DNA of 64,000 nucleotides. Source: Eledone cirrhosa (taxonomy: Eukaryota). Shown piece by piece: positions 14,641-27,899 of the stretch. Under the pieces are notes generated by a model that saw nothing but the letters and a program-made list of their open reading frames with translations, did no database searches and had not been told where the DNA came from. The stretch covers positions 8,122,001 to 8,186,000 of the forward strand of contig OZ024751.1 of assembly GCA_964016885.1 (NCBI GenBank), read 5' to 3'. The translations under genes were made by a program, and so were the position numbers. Every line of letters starts with the position of its first letter. Position 1 is the first letter of the stretch.

Positions 14641-17600
14641 ATCTTGGTTGTCCATCGTGAACGATGATGACTTCTTCTTTAATTTAATTCCCGTCTACCG
14701 TGGGCACGAAAGTGGCTGAGAGGCCGATCCTTGAGAGGCCGATCCTTGAGAGGCCGATCCTTGAGAGGCCGATCCTTGCAGGCCCGGGGACAGTGGGGGC
14801 AGGGGAAAAGACCGGAGTCGCTTGGGGCAGCTGTTGATGCCTTTCTCCTCTTTTCACGGGCCTCAGAGACCTCTGCCAGTCTCTTTTTTTCAAAAGAGTC
14901 CTTGGCGCGTCTGGTAAGGGCTCGCCACTCAGCCCTGTCCTGAGCATGGGACTCGAGTTGTTTTGGGGCGATTCCAGTGTTGTTGTTACTGGACTTCACG
15001 CAGTATTTGAACCTCTTGAGAGGCCTGCCCTGTTTTCGTTTCCTCGAACAGAGTTCGTCATACATCAGTTGTGATCATCCATCCGGATGATAGGTCCCAC
15101 CCATCGAAGTCGGCGCTTCAGTATCATAGCTTCGACACTGGTTGTCTCAGCCATGTCAAGAATATCGAGGTTGGAGAGCTTGTCCTGTCATTTGCTGTTC
15201 ATGATTGACCGCAGACTGCGCACGTGGAACCGTTCCAGCTGCTTCACGTGCCTTCTGTACAGGGTCCATGCCTCACATCTGTAGAGGATGCTGGTGAGAA
15301 CAACGGCCCTGTACACCTTGAGCTTCGTGGACTGCCTGGTGTTGTGCTGGTTCAGGACGCGTGTCATCCGGCGGCCAAGGGCTTGACTGGCCTTGCAGAT
15401 CCTGGCGTTTATCTCCTTGTCGAGGCTTCCATCGCTGCTGAATGCACTGCCGAGGTACTTCAAGTCGTCCACCGTCTTTAGCTGGGTGCCTCCGATAGAG
15501 ATGGGAGGAGGGTGGGCGATGGTGGCAGGTGCAGGCTGGAACAGGACCTCAGACTTGCCAAGGCTAATTGTGAGACCGAAGAGGCAGGAGGCCTCCGCGA
15601 ACTTGTTGACGATGACTTGGCGATCAGATTCCCTGTGGGCCATGAGGGCACAGTCGTCAGCAAAAAAGTGCCTCCAGGACAATCCTCTTCACGCTCCTTG
15701 TCTTGGCCGTAAGGCGCCGCAGGTCAAACAGGGAGCTGTACAATCTGTATCGCAGATACACTCCGTGCTCGAGGTGCCTGATGGAATGATTGAGAACACA
15801 GGTGAAGAACAGGTTGAAGAGAAAGGGAGCTAGCACGCATCCTTGCTTGACGCCGTTGGTGATTCCGAACGGCTCCGAGACCTCTCCGCCCGAGCGCACC
15901 TGTTCGGTCATGTCATCATGGAATTGCCGTATCAGGTTCACGAACTTTGTCGGGCATCCAAACTTCGACAGGATCGTCCAGAGGGCCTCCCTGTTGACAG
16001 TGTAGAAGGCCTTCGTCAAATCTATGAAGACGGCAAAGAGGTGCATGTTCTGCTCGACGCACTACTCCTGCACCGAGCGTACAGAGAAGATCATGTCGAT
16101 CGTGCTGCGGTTTGGGCGGAACCCACACTGGACCTCGTGGGGCTTGTTCTCCGAGATCTTGGCGATGAGGCAGGTTGAGCATGACCCGAGTCAGGAATTC
16201 CCAGCGATGAACAGGAGAGAGATGCCAAGGTCAGCTTTGCTGTCTTTGTTCTTAACAAGCAAGATAACTGTTTTATCCTGAAGTCTTTGGGCACCTCTTC
16301 CTCCTCCCATATGCTGAAATGGAGGATCTGGAAGGCCCCCAGGGCACATGGACCAACCTAGTTGAAGATCTCGGCAGGAATCCCGTCCTTCCCAGGGGTC
16401 TTTCCTGAGCTGGTCTGGTTGATTGCCTTCGTGACTTCATCCAACATGGGGGGTGGGGTCGACGCTGCCGACTACGGGCTTCTGTGGGACCTGGTCGAGG
16501 GAGGCAGTGTCGACAGTGGATCACCCGTTGAGCAGGTTGGTGTAGTTGTATCTCCACCACGAGTTGTGTTCTCATCTCCTTCAGCAGGATCAAGCCGTCA
16601 GCAGACAGCAGCGGTGTGGTGACGGGCTTGGGGGGTCCGTAAACATCCCCAATGGCGCTGAAGAACATCTTGGAGTTCTTTGTGTCAGCGTATCTCTCGA
16701 CTTCTTTGGCCTTCTTTTGCCACCACTTTTCCGGCATTCTGCGTAGCGCTGCTTGGGTTTGCATCTGGAGGTGATTGAAGCAGTCGTGCTTCGAGATGGA
16801 GGAGCTGCAATTCTGCCACTCAATGAGAGCCCTCCACTTCTCGTCCAGGAGTTGTCTGATGCGCTCATCGTTTTCATCAAATCAGTCCTGGTGGACTCTC
16901 TTCCTCGGCCCGATGGTTGGCTTGGCTGACTCTGTCACCAGCGACCTGAACTGGTCCCACTGTTGAGTTGGAGGTCCGGTCAGTGATCCATGGTCAGTCA
17001 GCCGGCCGTCCAGGTCTTCTGCGAACGCATCACGATGCTCTGGCTGCTTGAAAAGCGTGACGTTGAATGTTGGCCTATAGACTTTTGGTGTCATGCGATG
17101 CGTCGGGGTGATGTGCAGTGACAGGATGATCCTGACAAGGCGATGGTCGTCCAACCCTCTGCACCACGCATGGCCCTGGTGATTCTGACGCACGGATATC
17201 CCTCCTGCGGCATATGGCAAAAAAATCAGATGCCACTGTTTGGATCTGGGGTGTATCCATGTCGTCTTCAACTTGTCTGCCTGGCGGAACAGTGTGCTGG
17301 TGATCGTGAGGTCGTACTTGGCGCAGAAACTCAACAGTATCTTAGAGTTCATCTTCCCTGTGTCATTAGATCCCAACACGCCTCTGCAGTTGCTGCTATC
17401 AGACCTGACTCTTCATTGAAGTCCACCAGTAGGGTGAGTTTATCCCTGGGGAGGAATCCCTTCACGAGTTCGTTGAGTTCCCCGTAGAAAGCGTCCTTTG
17501 CGTCATCGCTGCTGGTGAGAGTGATACGCACTGGTGACTGTGACATGCCGAGATTGGTTGAGGGGGAAAGCGGAGCTTTATTAGCCGATCACTTACAGGT

Positions 17601-18700
17601 GTTGGGAGGTCTGGTAGCTGCTTGCAGAGAGAATTCATGATGGCCAGTCCTAGCCCGTGGATTCTGTCCTCGTCCTTCACATTGCCCTTCCAGAAGAAGG
17701 TGTAACCTCCTTTATGTTTTGCTACTGATCCATCTTCGGCGAGTATAGTCTCGCTGAGAGCGGTTATGTCGATCCGGTAGCGAGCTAATTCCCTCACTAT
17801 GAGGGCAGTTCTTCTCTCTGGCCTCAAGGAGGTTTCCCTATCCATGAGGGTGCGCACATTCCTGCGCCAAGAATGGAGTTCTTCTTTCTATTATGTTGTT
17901 TTCGACCGTTTGGAAGGGTAAAAAAGCCAGCCGCGGTAGACTGGTCGGCTTTGTGTGGGACGAACATTTGGTTACGGCTCCTTTTATCACCCCTCCCCTC
18001 GTGCGAGGGTGAGCAGTGCTCCCCTGAAAAGGGTTGCTCAGTCGCCCGGTGGAACGCCTGATCTCCTCTGTCATCCCAGGATCAGGGAGAGAACGCCTTG
18101 CGCAACCAGGCCGCCCACGTGTGGGTTTGAGACTGGCAACTCCCAGAGGTTACATCGACCTGTTACCTCTGCCTCTCGCCCATCACAGCAGGGCTTTGGG
18201 AGTACACGCTAAAGAAGAAACCTGTGCGGGAAACGTTTATAATCGGAGGGCCAGTGCATAGTGACGGTGACATTCACTCGGCCACGGAAGCCATAATCCG
18301 GTGGTACGAAGTACCGTCACGACCGGGGACTTCCTACGCTGCAGTGGATGGCCACGACATCTGTAGTGCCTTGCCGTGCCCTGTCGCCGCCTTCGTGACC
18401 GTTGTGACGATATTGTCCTCCTGCACTCACTCCACCGGGTCCAGTCTTCGCATGCAGAGGCAGGCATCCCCTATCTAACTCACCGGGGGGTTTCAGACCC
18501 GTCCGGCTACCCTGAACCTGGTTCGGCCCGCCAGCCAAGGCGGTTTAACAGGGTGTGGCCGCTGTCACATGTTACAGCTTTTTGGGGCCACAGGTGAGAG
18601 TTGAGTATCAGATGGGACCCAATGCAGGTGGACCTGTCCTGAAAAGGGCATGGCTATCCCGCACCCTACAGAGATACATGCCCCTCCCTGACACCCTAGG
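14641..18700 (-). mobile_element. RTE-BovB LINE, near full length, frameshifted
   Basis: APE (RRTALIVRELARYRIDITALSET, TWIHPRSKQWHL), RT (FIDLTKAF, GVKQGCVLAP, FADDCAL, KYLGS), C-terminal CPHC..H finger, long 5' UTR. Confidence 0.95.
14718..14777. repeat. Four perfect copies of a 15-bp unit gagaggccgatcctt
   Basis: Directly visible within the RTE C-terminal finger. Confidence 0.95.
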
Positions 18701-18736
18701 CATATACACACGTATATACATACACATACATATGTA

Positions 18737-18957
18737 CATGTGTATATACATATTTACACATTTTTGGATGGCCGTTGACTCTTATGAGTTCTTCCGCCGT
18801 TTGTCAGGTTTTGTTTTCTGTCCTGCAGAGTGTCACAAATCACCCTCCTCACCAAGTAAACTTGGTGAGGTTGCCGCGTTAGTCGCCAACGACCCGACCA
18901 TGCGACAGATTGTACTGGTTTACATGTTACCAGAAGCACTCAAGAGTGACCTGACAA
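18737..18957 (-). mobile_element. 5' fragment of an RTE-5'UTR-like repeat
   Basis: Homologous to 50620-50817. Confidence 0.75.
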
Positions 18958-19203
18958 CACTAGCTCTCTAAACCGGTATTTTCGGTCCAACTCTATAGGA
19001 ACAAGGAATTCTATTGAAGTCTTTACGCATTTTGTTCCTCGTTTTTACTACACTTCCATAAGTTTGTTCTTTTTACTTATGCAGGTTTTTTATCGCTATT
19101 CCTTCTACGATGACGGCTTTTGCTGCATGAAGAAATTGCCTTGCTTCCGTTGTTATATATTTATATTATATCAAGCAGACTATTATTATTATTACTATTT
19201 TTC

Positions 19204-19397
19204 AGGGCGGTGGATTGGCAGTACCAGTAGAGAGTCGGGCGCCATGCTTTGCCACATAGAGTTACGCCCCTTTCCATTCTGAGTTCAAATCCCGCCGAGG
19301 TTAACTTTGCCTTTCATCCATACGGGGTCGATAAAATAAAGTACCAGTAATGCACTGGGTAATTGCTTGCCTTGTGCCAAAAGTAGAAACAATTATT
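19204..19397 (+). mobile_element. Octopus-type tRNA SINE
   Basis: tggcagta..gg A box, gagttcaaatccc B box, gcctttcatcc..ggggtcgataaaataaagtaccag core. Confidence 0.88.
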
Positions 19398-19419
19398 ACT
19401 ATATTTCGTTTGATATCAA

Positions 19420-20740
19420 ATATATTTCATCTTCCTACCGGGTATCTAACAGAGATATAATGCACGTATATAATGGAGAGATACGCCCTGAGAAGGTGAG
19501 CAGTTGAAGCAAACACATTACTTTGAAGCTCATATATTGTTGGTGTCCCTAGGATCTGATCAGTGAATTTGTCGATACATTTCTTCCTCCCTTCCAGTGC
19601 ATCCATAACAACATGGATGAATTTGGCATTTTAATTGCCACATCGTAGATATTTAATCTCCAGGTGTTTGTATTGAAATATATTTTCAAATGTGTTGCTT
19701 AGATGTTGCTATCAGTAGGTATAGTCATATCAATTAAGAGACATGTATGTTACCTCAGGCCTTTGAGGAATATATCTGGCCTGTTAACATTGTATTGCCT
19801 GTCTCTATGTATCCCGCAATCCCATAGGATAGTAAAATTGTCTCCTTGGTTGACTGTGGATGGATTTCATACCAGTTCTTACGGTGCAGGATAATATAGC
19901 GACTGTATAATCTGAAGGTTTGGCCCACTCAATCATGCCTAGTTTTATATTCTGTCAGTGTAAGGGCTCTTAGGTTTTTCACCGTTAGTCCACATTGTGT
20001 GTCTTCCTAATTGCACTAAGAAGTAGGAGATAGTTTCAGGTGACGTGACTTAGATCAAGAGACGCTATGATAATTGCTTCAGTTTTCGCTATCAAATCAG
20101 TGCTGTGCATCCATTAATAGGTTACTTTCATATCTAGATGAGATTCCCCACTTCGTTTAGCGTTATGTCCAAGCAATAGTTTTTTTTTTCTTGCCACAGT
20201 CTCTACATTTGCTTCCAGCTTTCTAGTTTTACATTTGCTTTAACATTTTTTGCGTCATCGGTGGGAGGCATCCCCTTATTATTATTATCGCGACCAGGGT
20301 GATTAAGTTCTCGTCTGTGTGTATATGCCACCTTTGAGACGTTGTCCATTTTAGAAGACGTTTCAGATTGGATTAGGCCTCTATTGCCCTCCTTTCGCGA
20401 GAGATGGAGGCTATGGATGTCTGCGTTTGGGTGATGCAACATGTTTAATCTCAACAATTTCTTATTCTTTATATCTATAAGTTGGAAGTCACTCAAAGTC
20501 CAATCGATGACATTAAGGGTATACTGGACAAGAGTCAACACTAGCGAGTTTTATAGCTTCAGTTATATTGTGGGAATTAAGCTCAGTATTCAGGAACATC
20601 CTAACACGTCTATAATATTCTTTCATGGGTTTCTCTTTCATTTACTCGTGCTGCAACACATCCCCTTCGTTTACCCCCAAGATATTTATAAAATATTTCT
20701 TCATCCAAATCCTTGATAGTTTTATCATTATCATGTCCGG
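19420..20740 (-). mobile_element. Decayed R4/Dong LINE 3' half with restriction-like endonuclease
   Basis: FYKYLG, HHPNADI..L.LSRKEG.RGL, ILWD...NRPDI...CLLIDMTIP, STAHLLR. Confidence 0.82.
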
Positions 20741-20957
20741 TCGTGGTAGTAGCTGTCAAGTGGTTGCTTTTAAATGTTATTATCATTATTATTTGAAACT
20801 CCCTTTGAATTATACTTCTTTCATATATCATGCTGTGCGTCGAACTAACACCCGAGGCAAAACTTTGCAATACAAACATTTTATAAGCAATTGTCATATG
20901 AATGATGCCAGAAGGGCATGAACAACAATAAATGTATTGCAAAGTATTTAAATATAT

Positions 20958-21145
20958 AATTGTTTCTACTTTTGGCACAAGGCCAACAATTAACCAGTGT
21001 ATTACTGCTACTTTATTTTATCGACCCCGTAAGGATGAAAGGCAAATTTAACCTCGGCGGGATTTGAACGCAGAATGGCAAGGGCCGTAACTCTACGAGT
21101 CAAAGCATGGCGTCCGACCCTCTACCAATACTGCCAATCGCCCTT
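20958..21145 (-). mobile_element. Octopus-type tRNA SINE
   Basis: Reverse complement of the 19204 family. Confidence 0.85.
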
Positions 21146-21235
21146 TAAATATATAATGAACTTCTCAGAACATGGAGGGTCAAGATTTATTTCAGAGATG
21201 GCTTTCTATAATCTTCTACTTCTTCTGCTTCTTCT

Positions 21236-21668
21236 AAATTTGAAAGGATTGAAGACGTACACTTTCTTCTCTGGCGGCTCCCCGATTAACTTTATCAACT
21301 TTCACTTGGAAGAGGAAAATCAAGGTGGCAAGTGCTGTCTTCTTGTACGTTTGTTGAAAGGTTGGTGAAAGTGGAGAGTCTGGTTCGAGTATGCGTATGT
21401 CGACTGACTGAGGAGTGGGTGAACTGAGAGAGGGCGCTTACTCTGGTAGTCAGGGAGGCCGTGATCTTCTGTGTGGTTTTCACCACGAATGACCCTCGGA
21501 GTCCCCCCCATTTGGCGAATTTCTGTTTGAATTTTAAAATTTGTTCTTCAACATTTCAATTTTCTTTTTATAATCTTTTTACACGGCCAAAACCCACTTG
21601 GTATCGTCCATTCTGTGCCGTCTGTTATATTTTTCTTCATGTTAGCCGTCCTGGCCAATAAATAAACC

Positions 21669-21670
<2 letters not shown>
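21236..21670 (+). mobile_element. Tx1 LINE 3' remnant
   Basis: LKGLKTYTFFSG..INF.NFHL is homologous to the C-termini near 27100 and 62900. AATAAA followed by (ATT)n. Confidence 0.75.
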
Positions 21671-21797
<127 letters not shown>

Positions 21798-21922
21798 AGG
21801 GCGGTGAATTGGCAGTATTGGTAGAGGGTCAGACAGGCTTTCCAGCGTAGTTACGTCCCTTTACGATCTGAGTTCAAATCTCGCCGAAGTTAACTTTGCC
21901 TTTCATCCTTACGGGGTCGATA
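21798..21922 (+). mobile_element. 3'-truncated Octopus-type SINE
   Basis: Head and core run to ggggtcgataa, then join Dong sequence directly. Confidence 0.8.
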
Positions 21923-24900
21923 ATGTGGTAAATTGTTTACTTTGCATAGGTGCCAGTGGATCACCCTGCCCATCACATCATGTCTCGAGCCTTTATAGTG
22001 AGTCTGGGCTAGGTGTTTACACTCGGATACAATGTGAGCCACAGTCTCCTCTCTCTCTCCACAGATCCTGCACAGTGGGCTAGCCTCCTCCTTGTAAATA
22101 TGGTGTTTCAGCCACTTCGTTTTGAGGGCCTGCTCTTGTGCAGCCATTAACATTCCTTCTGTAGCCTGTTTAAGGTCTCCTCTTTTCAACTAGTTCCATG
22201 TCTGTGGATCTCTGAATTCAGTTTTCTCAAAGAAGGTACTATGAAGGGATATTTCATGAAGGCTGCTCTTTCTCATTGTTGTTATTTCCTCCTTGGACAT
22301 CCCCTCGTCTATTGTCCTCTTCTTCAGTACAATTCAGAGCATTGGCTCCTCACTATCAGTCACGTATTTGTGTAGGTTGTTTTTGTCCATCTGAACACAG
22401 TCCTCTATGCTGATAAGACCTCTTCCACCTTTAGATCTTCTTCAGTAGAGTCTATCGACATCACTCCTCTTGTGGAACATGTTGTAGATAGTCAATAGCT
22501 TCCTAGTCTTCCTATCCATTTCTTTTTGTTCAGCAACATTCCATCTCAGTATTCCCGCACTGTACCTAATAATAGACACAGCTCGGGAATTTACTGCACT
22601 TATGGCATTCCTAATGTTCAGATGTGACTTTAATGCGCTCCTTATTCTCCGAATGTATTCAGATCTTATCAATTCCTTCATTTTTTTGTTCTTGTTGTCA
22701 TCAGTCTCCAGAACACCCAATTACTTGTATCCTTCTTCAGTGTCAATTTCCTTTATCATCTCACCTGTTGGTACCTGGATTCCGTTGCTTCTTCTCAATT
22801 TACCCCTCTTCATCACAAGGAATCACACTTACTAATACCAAATTGCATACATATATCATTGCTGAAAATACGGACAGTGTCAACAAGCACACCCAACTCC
22901 TTCCCACTCTTCCCGAAGAGCTTAAGATCGTCCATGAAGAGGAGGTGATGGATGGTAAGCTCTTCCTTTCCCAACTTGTATCCTGCTCTCACCTTTCGCA
23001 GTATGATGGTCAGGGGCAACAGAGGGGACAGACTATCTCCCTGGAAAATACCTCTCTCGATCTTCACGCCTTCCAAGGATTCTCCAGCTGATGTTAACTC
23101 TGTTTTCCAGGACTTCATACATTTACCCAACGACTGCCTGATGTTATCTGCCACCTTGAACATCTCTATGCTTTTGGTGTTCGATCCAAGAATGAGGCAC
23201 CATGTCAAATGCGTTTTTGTAGTCTATCGATCCCATGGCAAGACTAGTGTGTCTCCTCTTGTAATTCCTCATTACCATCTTATCAATAAGTAACTGGTCC
23301 TTTGAACCACGGGACTTCTCTCGGCATCCTTTCTGTTTGTCCGGTAACAAGTTGTTTGTGTGGAGGTCATCGTAGATTTCCTCAGACATAATGCTTGTCA
23401 ACAGTTTCCACATTACGGACAGACATGTGATAGGTCTATAATTGGTAACATCATTACCCTTGATTCGGTCTTTCATTACCAGAACTCTGGTACCTTTTGT
23501 CAACCACTCAGGTACCTCACCTGACATAAAGCAGTCATTGAACATGGTTGTCAGTTTCGGGTGGAGGGATGTTATATGTTTAATCCAATACCCCTGCACA
23601 CCATCTGGGACTGGTGATTTCCAGTTGGTTAGTTTTTTGGCCTGCCCCTTAAAAGTTTCAACTGTGATACTCAAATCAGTTTGTTGGTGTGCCTGTTCAC
23701 TAATCTCCTTTTGTACTGTCTCAATCCACACTGTCTCATCATTATGTTTAACATCCTGCTCCCATATTCCTCTCCAGAATAACTTAGTTTGTTCCGCCTC
23801 AGGGACCACGCCGTCCTGTTTCTTTCCTTTCAAGCTGTCCAAACAGCATCTTCTGGTTGTTGTCAAACATGCGGTTCTGTCTATACTGACTGACTCTGCT
23901 CTCGTATCGCCTAATTTTTGCACTCTTTGCTACAATGCGTTGCTTCAGTTCCTCTATGATAATATTTAGCTTTTTCCTCCTAGTTTAGTACTTTATATCC
24001 AGTCTATTTTTAGTGTCAATGTTTTTTAGTGTCCCATTCAGTAGGGACTCAATCTTTTCAATGTCATTTCTCATTTCCCTGATTTGAACATTCAGTCGTT
24101 TTTTTCCACCAAGGTTCTGATCTTTCTTGTTTGTTGTTCCCTCTCGCTTTTATGCCAAGTAATTTCCTCACCGCATTTGCTGTTGCTTTGAGGATATTGT
24201 TGCACTGTTGAAGCCCGCTCGCGTCAAGGTATGGGGTGACTTTGTTTACCTTAGCTGTTGTTTCTTTTAACTTTTTCCTGTCTACAAATCTTAGGTTCAT
24301 AGGTTTCCCACTATCATTGTTCAATTCATCTACCACTAAGTTAAGGATATCAACCAAATCTTGTCCTAGCCCGTCAGCATTCATCTCCTCAGTGGCCGTA
24401 TCTCTGTTCCAGGTATTATTTATCTCAGTATTCAGATCAATGTCTGCTTCGGATGGTTCCTCCGTTCTCTCAACCTCTTCACCTTCATTTCCCACTGGCT
24501 CGTTTGCCTGGCATACTCCACTCTCCATTTCCAACCTAATCTCTCTGCTCAGTTCCTCCAGTTCCAGCTCTCAAATCCACCTATTAGTTCTTATTACACG
24601 AGCCTGCCCGGCCAATTTTTGTTCATCTAATTTATATAGACCAAACTCGTTCCAGATGTTATAACCTTTCTCCTTGGGGTTACTATTCAGGTAACATTGC
24701 ATAACAGTTATATTCAATAATGTCGTCCAGTTGGTTCTGGTCCCTTTCCTTTTTCTTCTTCCTACGACACCAGCACTATTTGGTTGACAGCCAGGTCCCT
24801 GCTGCTGTGCCAGGGAGCACCTGCTGGGTGAGAGTCTGTCACATGACATTCTAGTCTCCACTTCACCGTTATTCGAACTGTTTAGGTTCGACATTTAAAC

Positions 24901-24960
24901 ACTCATATCGAGGATTGGTGAATGTATGGTTACATAACCATCGGTGATTTCATCACCCCC
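21923..24960 (-). mobile_element. R4/Dong LINE with its 5' end, lacking the 3' endonuclease end
   Basis: N-terminal NWT..N..VMQCY, YRPITCLSVMWKLLT, QKGC..SRGSKDQLLIDK, GIFQGDSLSPL, LLFMDDLKL, CRICG..ETVAHIVSEC..RHD. Confidence 0.95.
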
Positions 24961-25384
24961 GGTGATTTTTAGTGTGGCACTATCATGCTGTAGACGAGCA
25001 TAAATAAACAAACAAACAAATGGGTAACCCCCCCGCCAAAAAAAAAAAAGAGAATAAGCATAAATTTCATTGTAATGTAATGTTTGAATGTCTGACTTAG
25101 TTTTTTTTTTTCCTTCTCTGTCTGTGTGTTTTTCTTTTCATTTTTCTTTTCTTTACGTTTTTCGTTGCTGCTGTGCTGTTTTGATTTTGATTTTTGTTTT
25201 TTTGATTTTTTGACCGGGTCATCAAATCAGTCTATTTATATCTTTTGATGCCTTCCTCTTTTAATGGGGGTACTACGATGTATGTCTTAGCAGGAGGTAG
25301 TGGGAGATTATAGCGACGGTAGCGATAATGAGGCAGTGGTGGTGGTGGTGCTGTGCTAGTAGTATTTAGCAGGAGGTAGTGGGA

Positions 25385-27540
25385 GAAATTGGCCCATGAC
25401 CAATTCTTCAATGCAAAGCACGAAGGCTGCGTTTTCAGAGCTAGGGTGCGTGCTCTCAGACACGAGGGGACGAAAGCCGTTCAATGGGCCCGAGTGGCGG
25501 ACGCGTCGTGGCAACAAAGCCACGATCCGGTCTTTGGTGGACCACAAAGGGCGCATGCTACTCGATCCCGGGCAAATGTGTGAAGCTTTTCAGCGACACT
25601 TCGCCCAGCTGTTCGGGGGAACCGGTGGGCCGGGTCGAGGGATGGACTTTAGTGTCTTCCTCGACGGACTGCCGCGGCTCTCGGCCACTGAGGCGGAGTG
25701 TTGCGAAAAGCCGATAACAGCCGCTGAAGGACGGGAGGCAATGACTGGAGTAAATCGCCTGGTTTGGATGGTCTTCCCTATGAACTTTACGTACGGATGC
25801 CAGACTTGTTCGGAGTCCTCTTGGAGGACGTCTACTGCAACTTGCAACAGAACGGGAGAATTCCCAGCTCTGTGAGCCGAGGAGCGGTGGCACTGCTGAG
25901 AAAGGATCCGAACAAGGGGGATAACATAGATAATTGCAGGCCCATAATTCTGCTAAACACAGAGTTCAAGAGTTTGGCCAAGGTGCTAGCAAAGAGGTTG
26001 GCGCTTGTCGTTGTTGGTCTGGTGGGAGAGGCGCAGACATGCGCCATTCCCGACAGATCCATCCACGACAAGTAGAGAGGGTAGCTAGGGATCTAGCTTG
26101 GATCTTTGATCAATCTAGATCAGTCGAATGCTTTCGATAGGGTCGACCATCGTTACCTAGAGGCAGTCCTGAAGGTGGCTGGCTTTGGGCCCGTCTTCAG
26201 AGGCTGGATCGCTGCCATGCACAGCGACAACTGCTCTGTGGTGAGAGTGAACGGCCACCTTTTGGAACCGTTCAACATCATGCGCTCGGTCCGCCAAGGA
26301 TGTCCTCTCTCGTCCCTCTTGTACGTATTGACTCTCGAGCCATTACTGCACAAACTGGAGACGTTGAGGGGCATCCCGCGCGTGCTAGGATGCGGAAGAT
26401 CCGTGTCAGCATATGCGGACGATGTCACCGTAGTGGTGTCGAACGCCAAACACATCGAGGCGATCGGCACCACACTAAGAGAATACGAAGTGGTGACAGG
26501 AGCAATGATCAACCAGGAAAAGTCAGTGGACTTGCAGCTCGGCACCTGGAGAGGAAGGTACATGCCGTCCAACAACATCGTCGGACGCTGGACGGACCGA
26601 CCGATTAAATTGCTAGGGGTCTGGGTCGGTCCAGACCTCCAGACGAACAAAAACTGGGACGAGGTGACGAGCAGGGTGGCTTCTCTCACCCAGAAATGAG
26701 CGGAGAGGAAGCTATCCCCGAAAGGTCGAGCGGAGGTAGCTAACGCGTACATCGCGTCTGTCATCTGCTACCGCCTGACAACTTCCAGAAATCTCTGGCC
26801 TGGCAGTGCTACCGAGGAGCCTTGCCAGTTCGAGATAAACTCTACAGGCATGGAGGTGCCATCAGCCGCACATGTCCGAGATGCGCGCAGGGCGACGAAA
26901 CCGTCCTGCATGCACTCGTCCAGTGTCCGAAAATTGCTGACTTGTGGGTTTATGTCGAACACCTGCTGTCGCCTGCAGGACGGATCCGGCTATCATCTGA
27001 GTCCATCGTGAGGATTGCCCCGCCCTCTTCCTTTAGCCGGGAAGGGCAGGCGGTTGTTATGTCTGTTGGCCATGGCGAAAGAGATAGTATGGTGGACACG
27101 TTTCAAAGGGTTGAAGAGGAGCACTTACCTCTTCGGTGATGCCCTTATTGACTTTTTCAAATTTCATTTGAAAAGGAAAATCAGAGTAGAGAGGGAAGTG
27201 CTCTCTTCCCAGCATCTTGTTGAAAGATGGGTGAGAGAAGCAAGAATGACCCGAGTGAATGGGCCTACTCTGAGTATGTATCTGTAAATTAAAGGTGGAA
27301 AACTGGGAGAGGGCACTTGCCTTGGTGGTCAGGGTCACTGTGGCCTTTTACTGGGCTTTCTCCACAAATGTTCCTCTGAAGTCTCCCCCCTATTGGGGAA
27401 TTTTTTATTGTTATTTTTTTGTTACATACTATGTTTTTGTTTTTTACACGCAGAAATGCCCATTTGTACCGTCCTGTATTGTCCTGCACTGTCCGTATTG
27501 TCTACTTTATGTAAACCCTTGTGGTTAATAAAGAAATGAT
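25385..27540 (+). mobile_element. Tx1 (L1-group) LINE, 5'-truncated, with an internal deletion
   Basis: RPIILLNTEFK, NLDQSNAFDRVDH, RQGCPLS, SAYADDVTV, CPRC..ETVLHALVQC. AATAAA followed by an (ATT)n tail. Confidence 0.94.
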
Positions 27541-27631
27541 TATTATTATTATTATTATTATTATTGTTATTATTATTATTATTAATTATGTTAATATGTA
27601 ATATGTATATAATATAATCATCAATGAGATA

Positions 27632-27669
27632 TACTAACCAGTATCACTTGTTTCTTTTTACAGGTAAGT
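27632..27669 (+). promoter_or_regulatory. Strong 3' splice site immediately followed by a 5' splice-site consensus
   Basis: TACTAAC at 27632-27638, cttgtttcttttta polypyrimidine tract, CAG|GTAAGT. Confidence 0.6.
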
Positions 27670-27899
27670 TCCTGCTTCCGGTGGAATCTCTATGTGGTCC
27701 AGAAATACTATGGACATTTTCCTCGCTGTGGGAGATAATTTGGATAATGTCGATCTAGTAAAGGAACTGCAGACAAAGGCGTGATTGTCACAGTGAGAAT
27801 TTATTTGATCTTATTACGGCTCCATCTGAGCTGACCGGGAGATCTAACAGACGCCAACAACGTGAGCTTCTTGTTTAATATTCCTTCATTAGCTTTTCT

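Noticed and set aside
14718-14777. CRISPR-like repeat
   Set aside because: No spacers, eukaryotic LINE context, and no cas genes.
19204-19300. tRNA genes at SINE heads
   Set aside because: A and B boxes are present, but there is no cloverleaf and the sequence continues into the SINE core.
27664-27784. Insulin/IGF B-chain-like peptide ESLCGPEILWTFFLAVGD
   Set aside because: The second invariant Cys is missing, and no A chain or signal peptide is evident.
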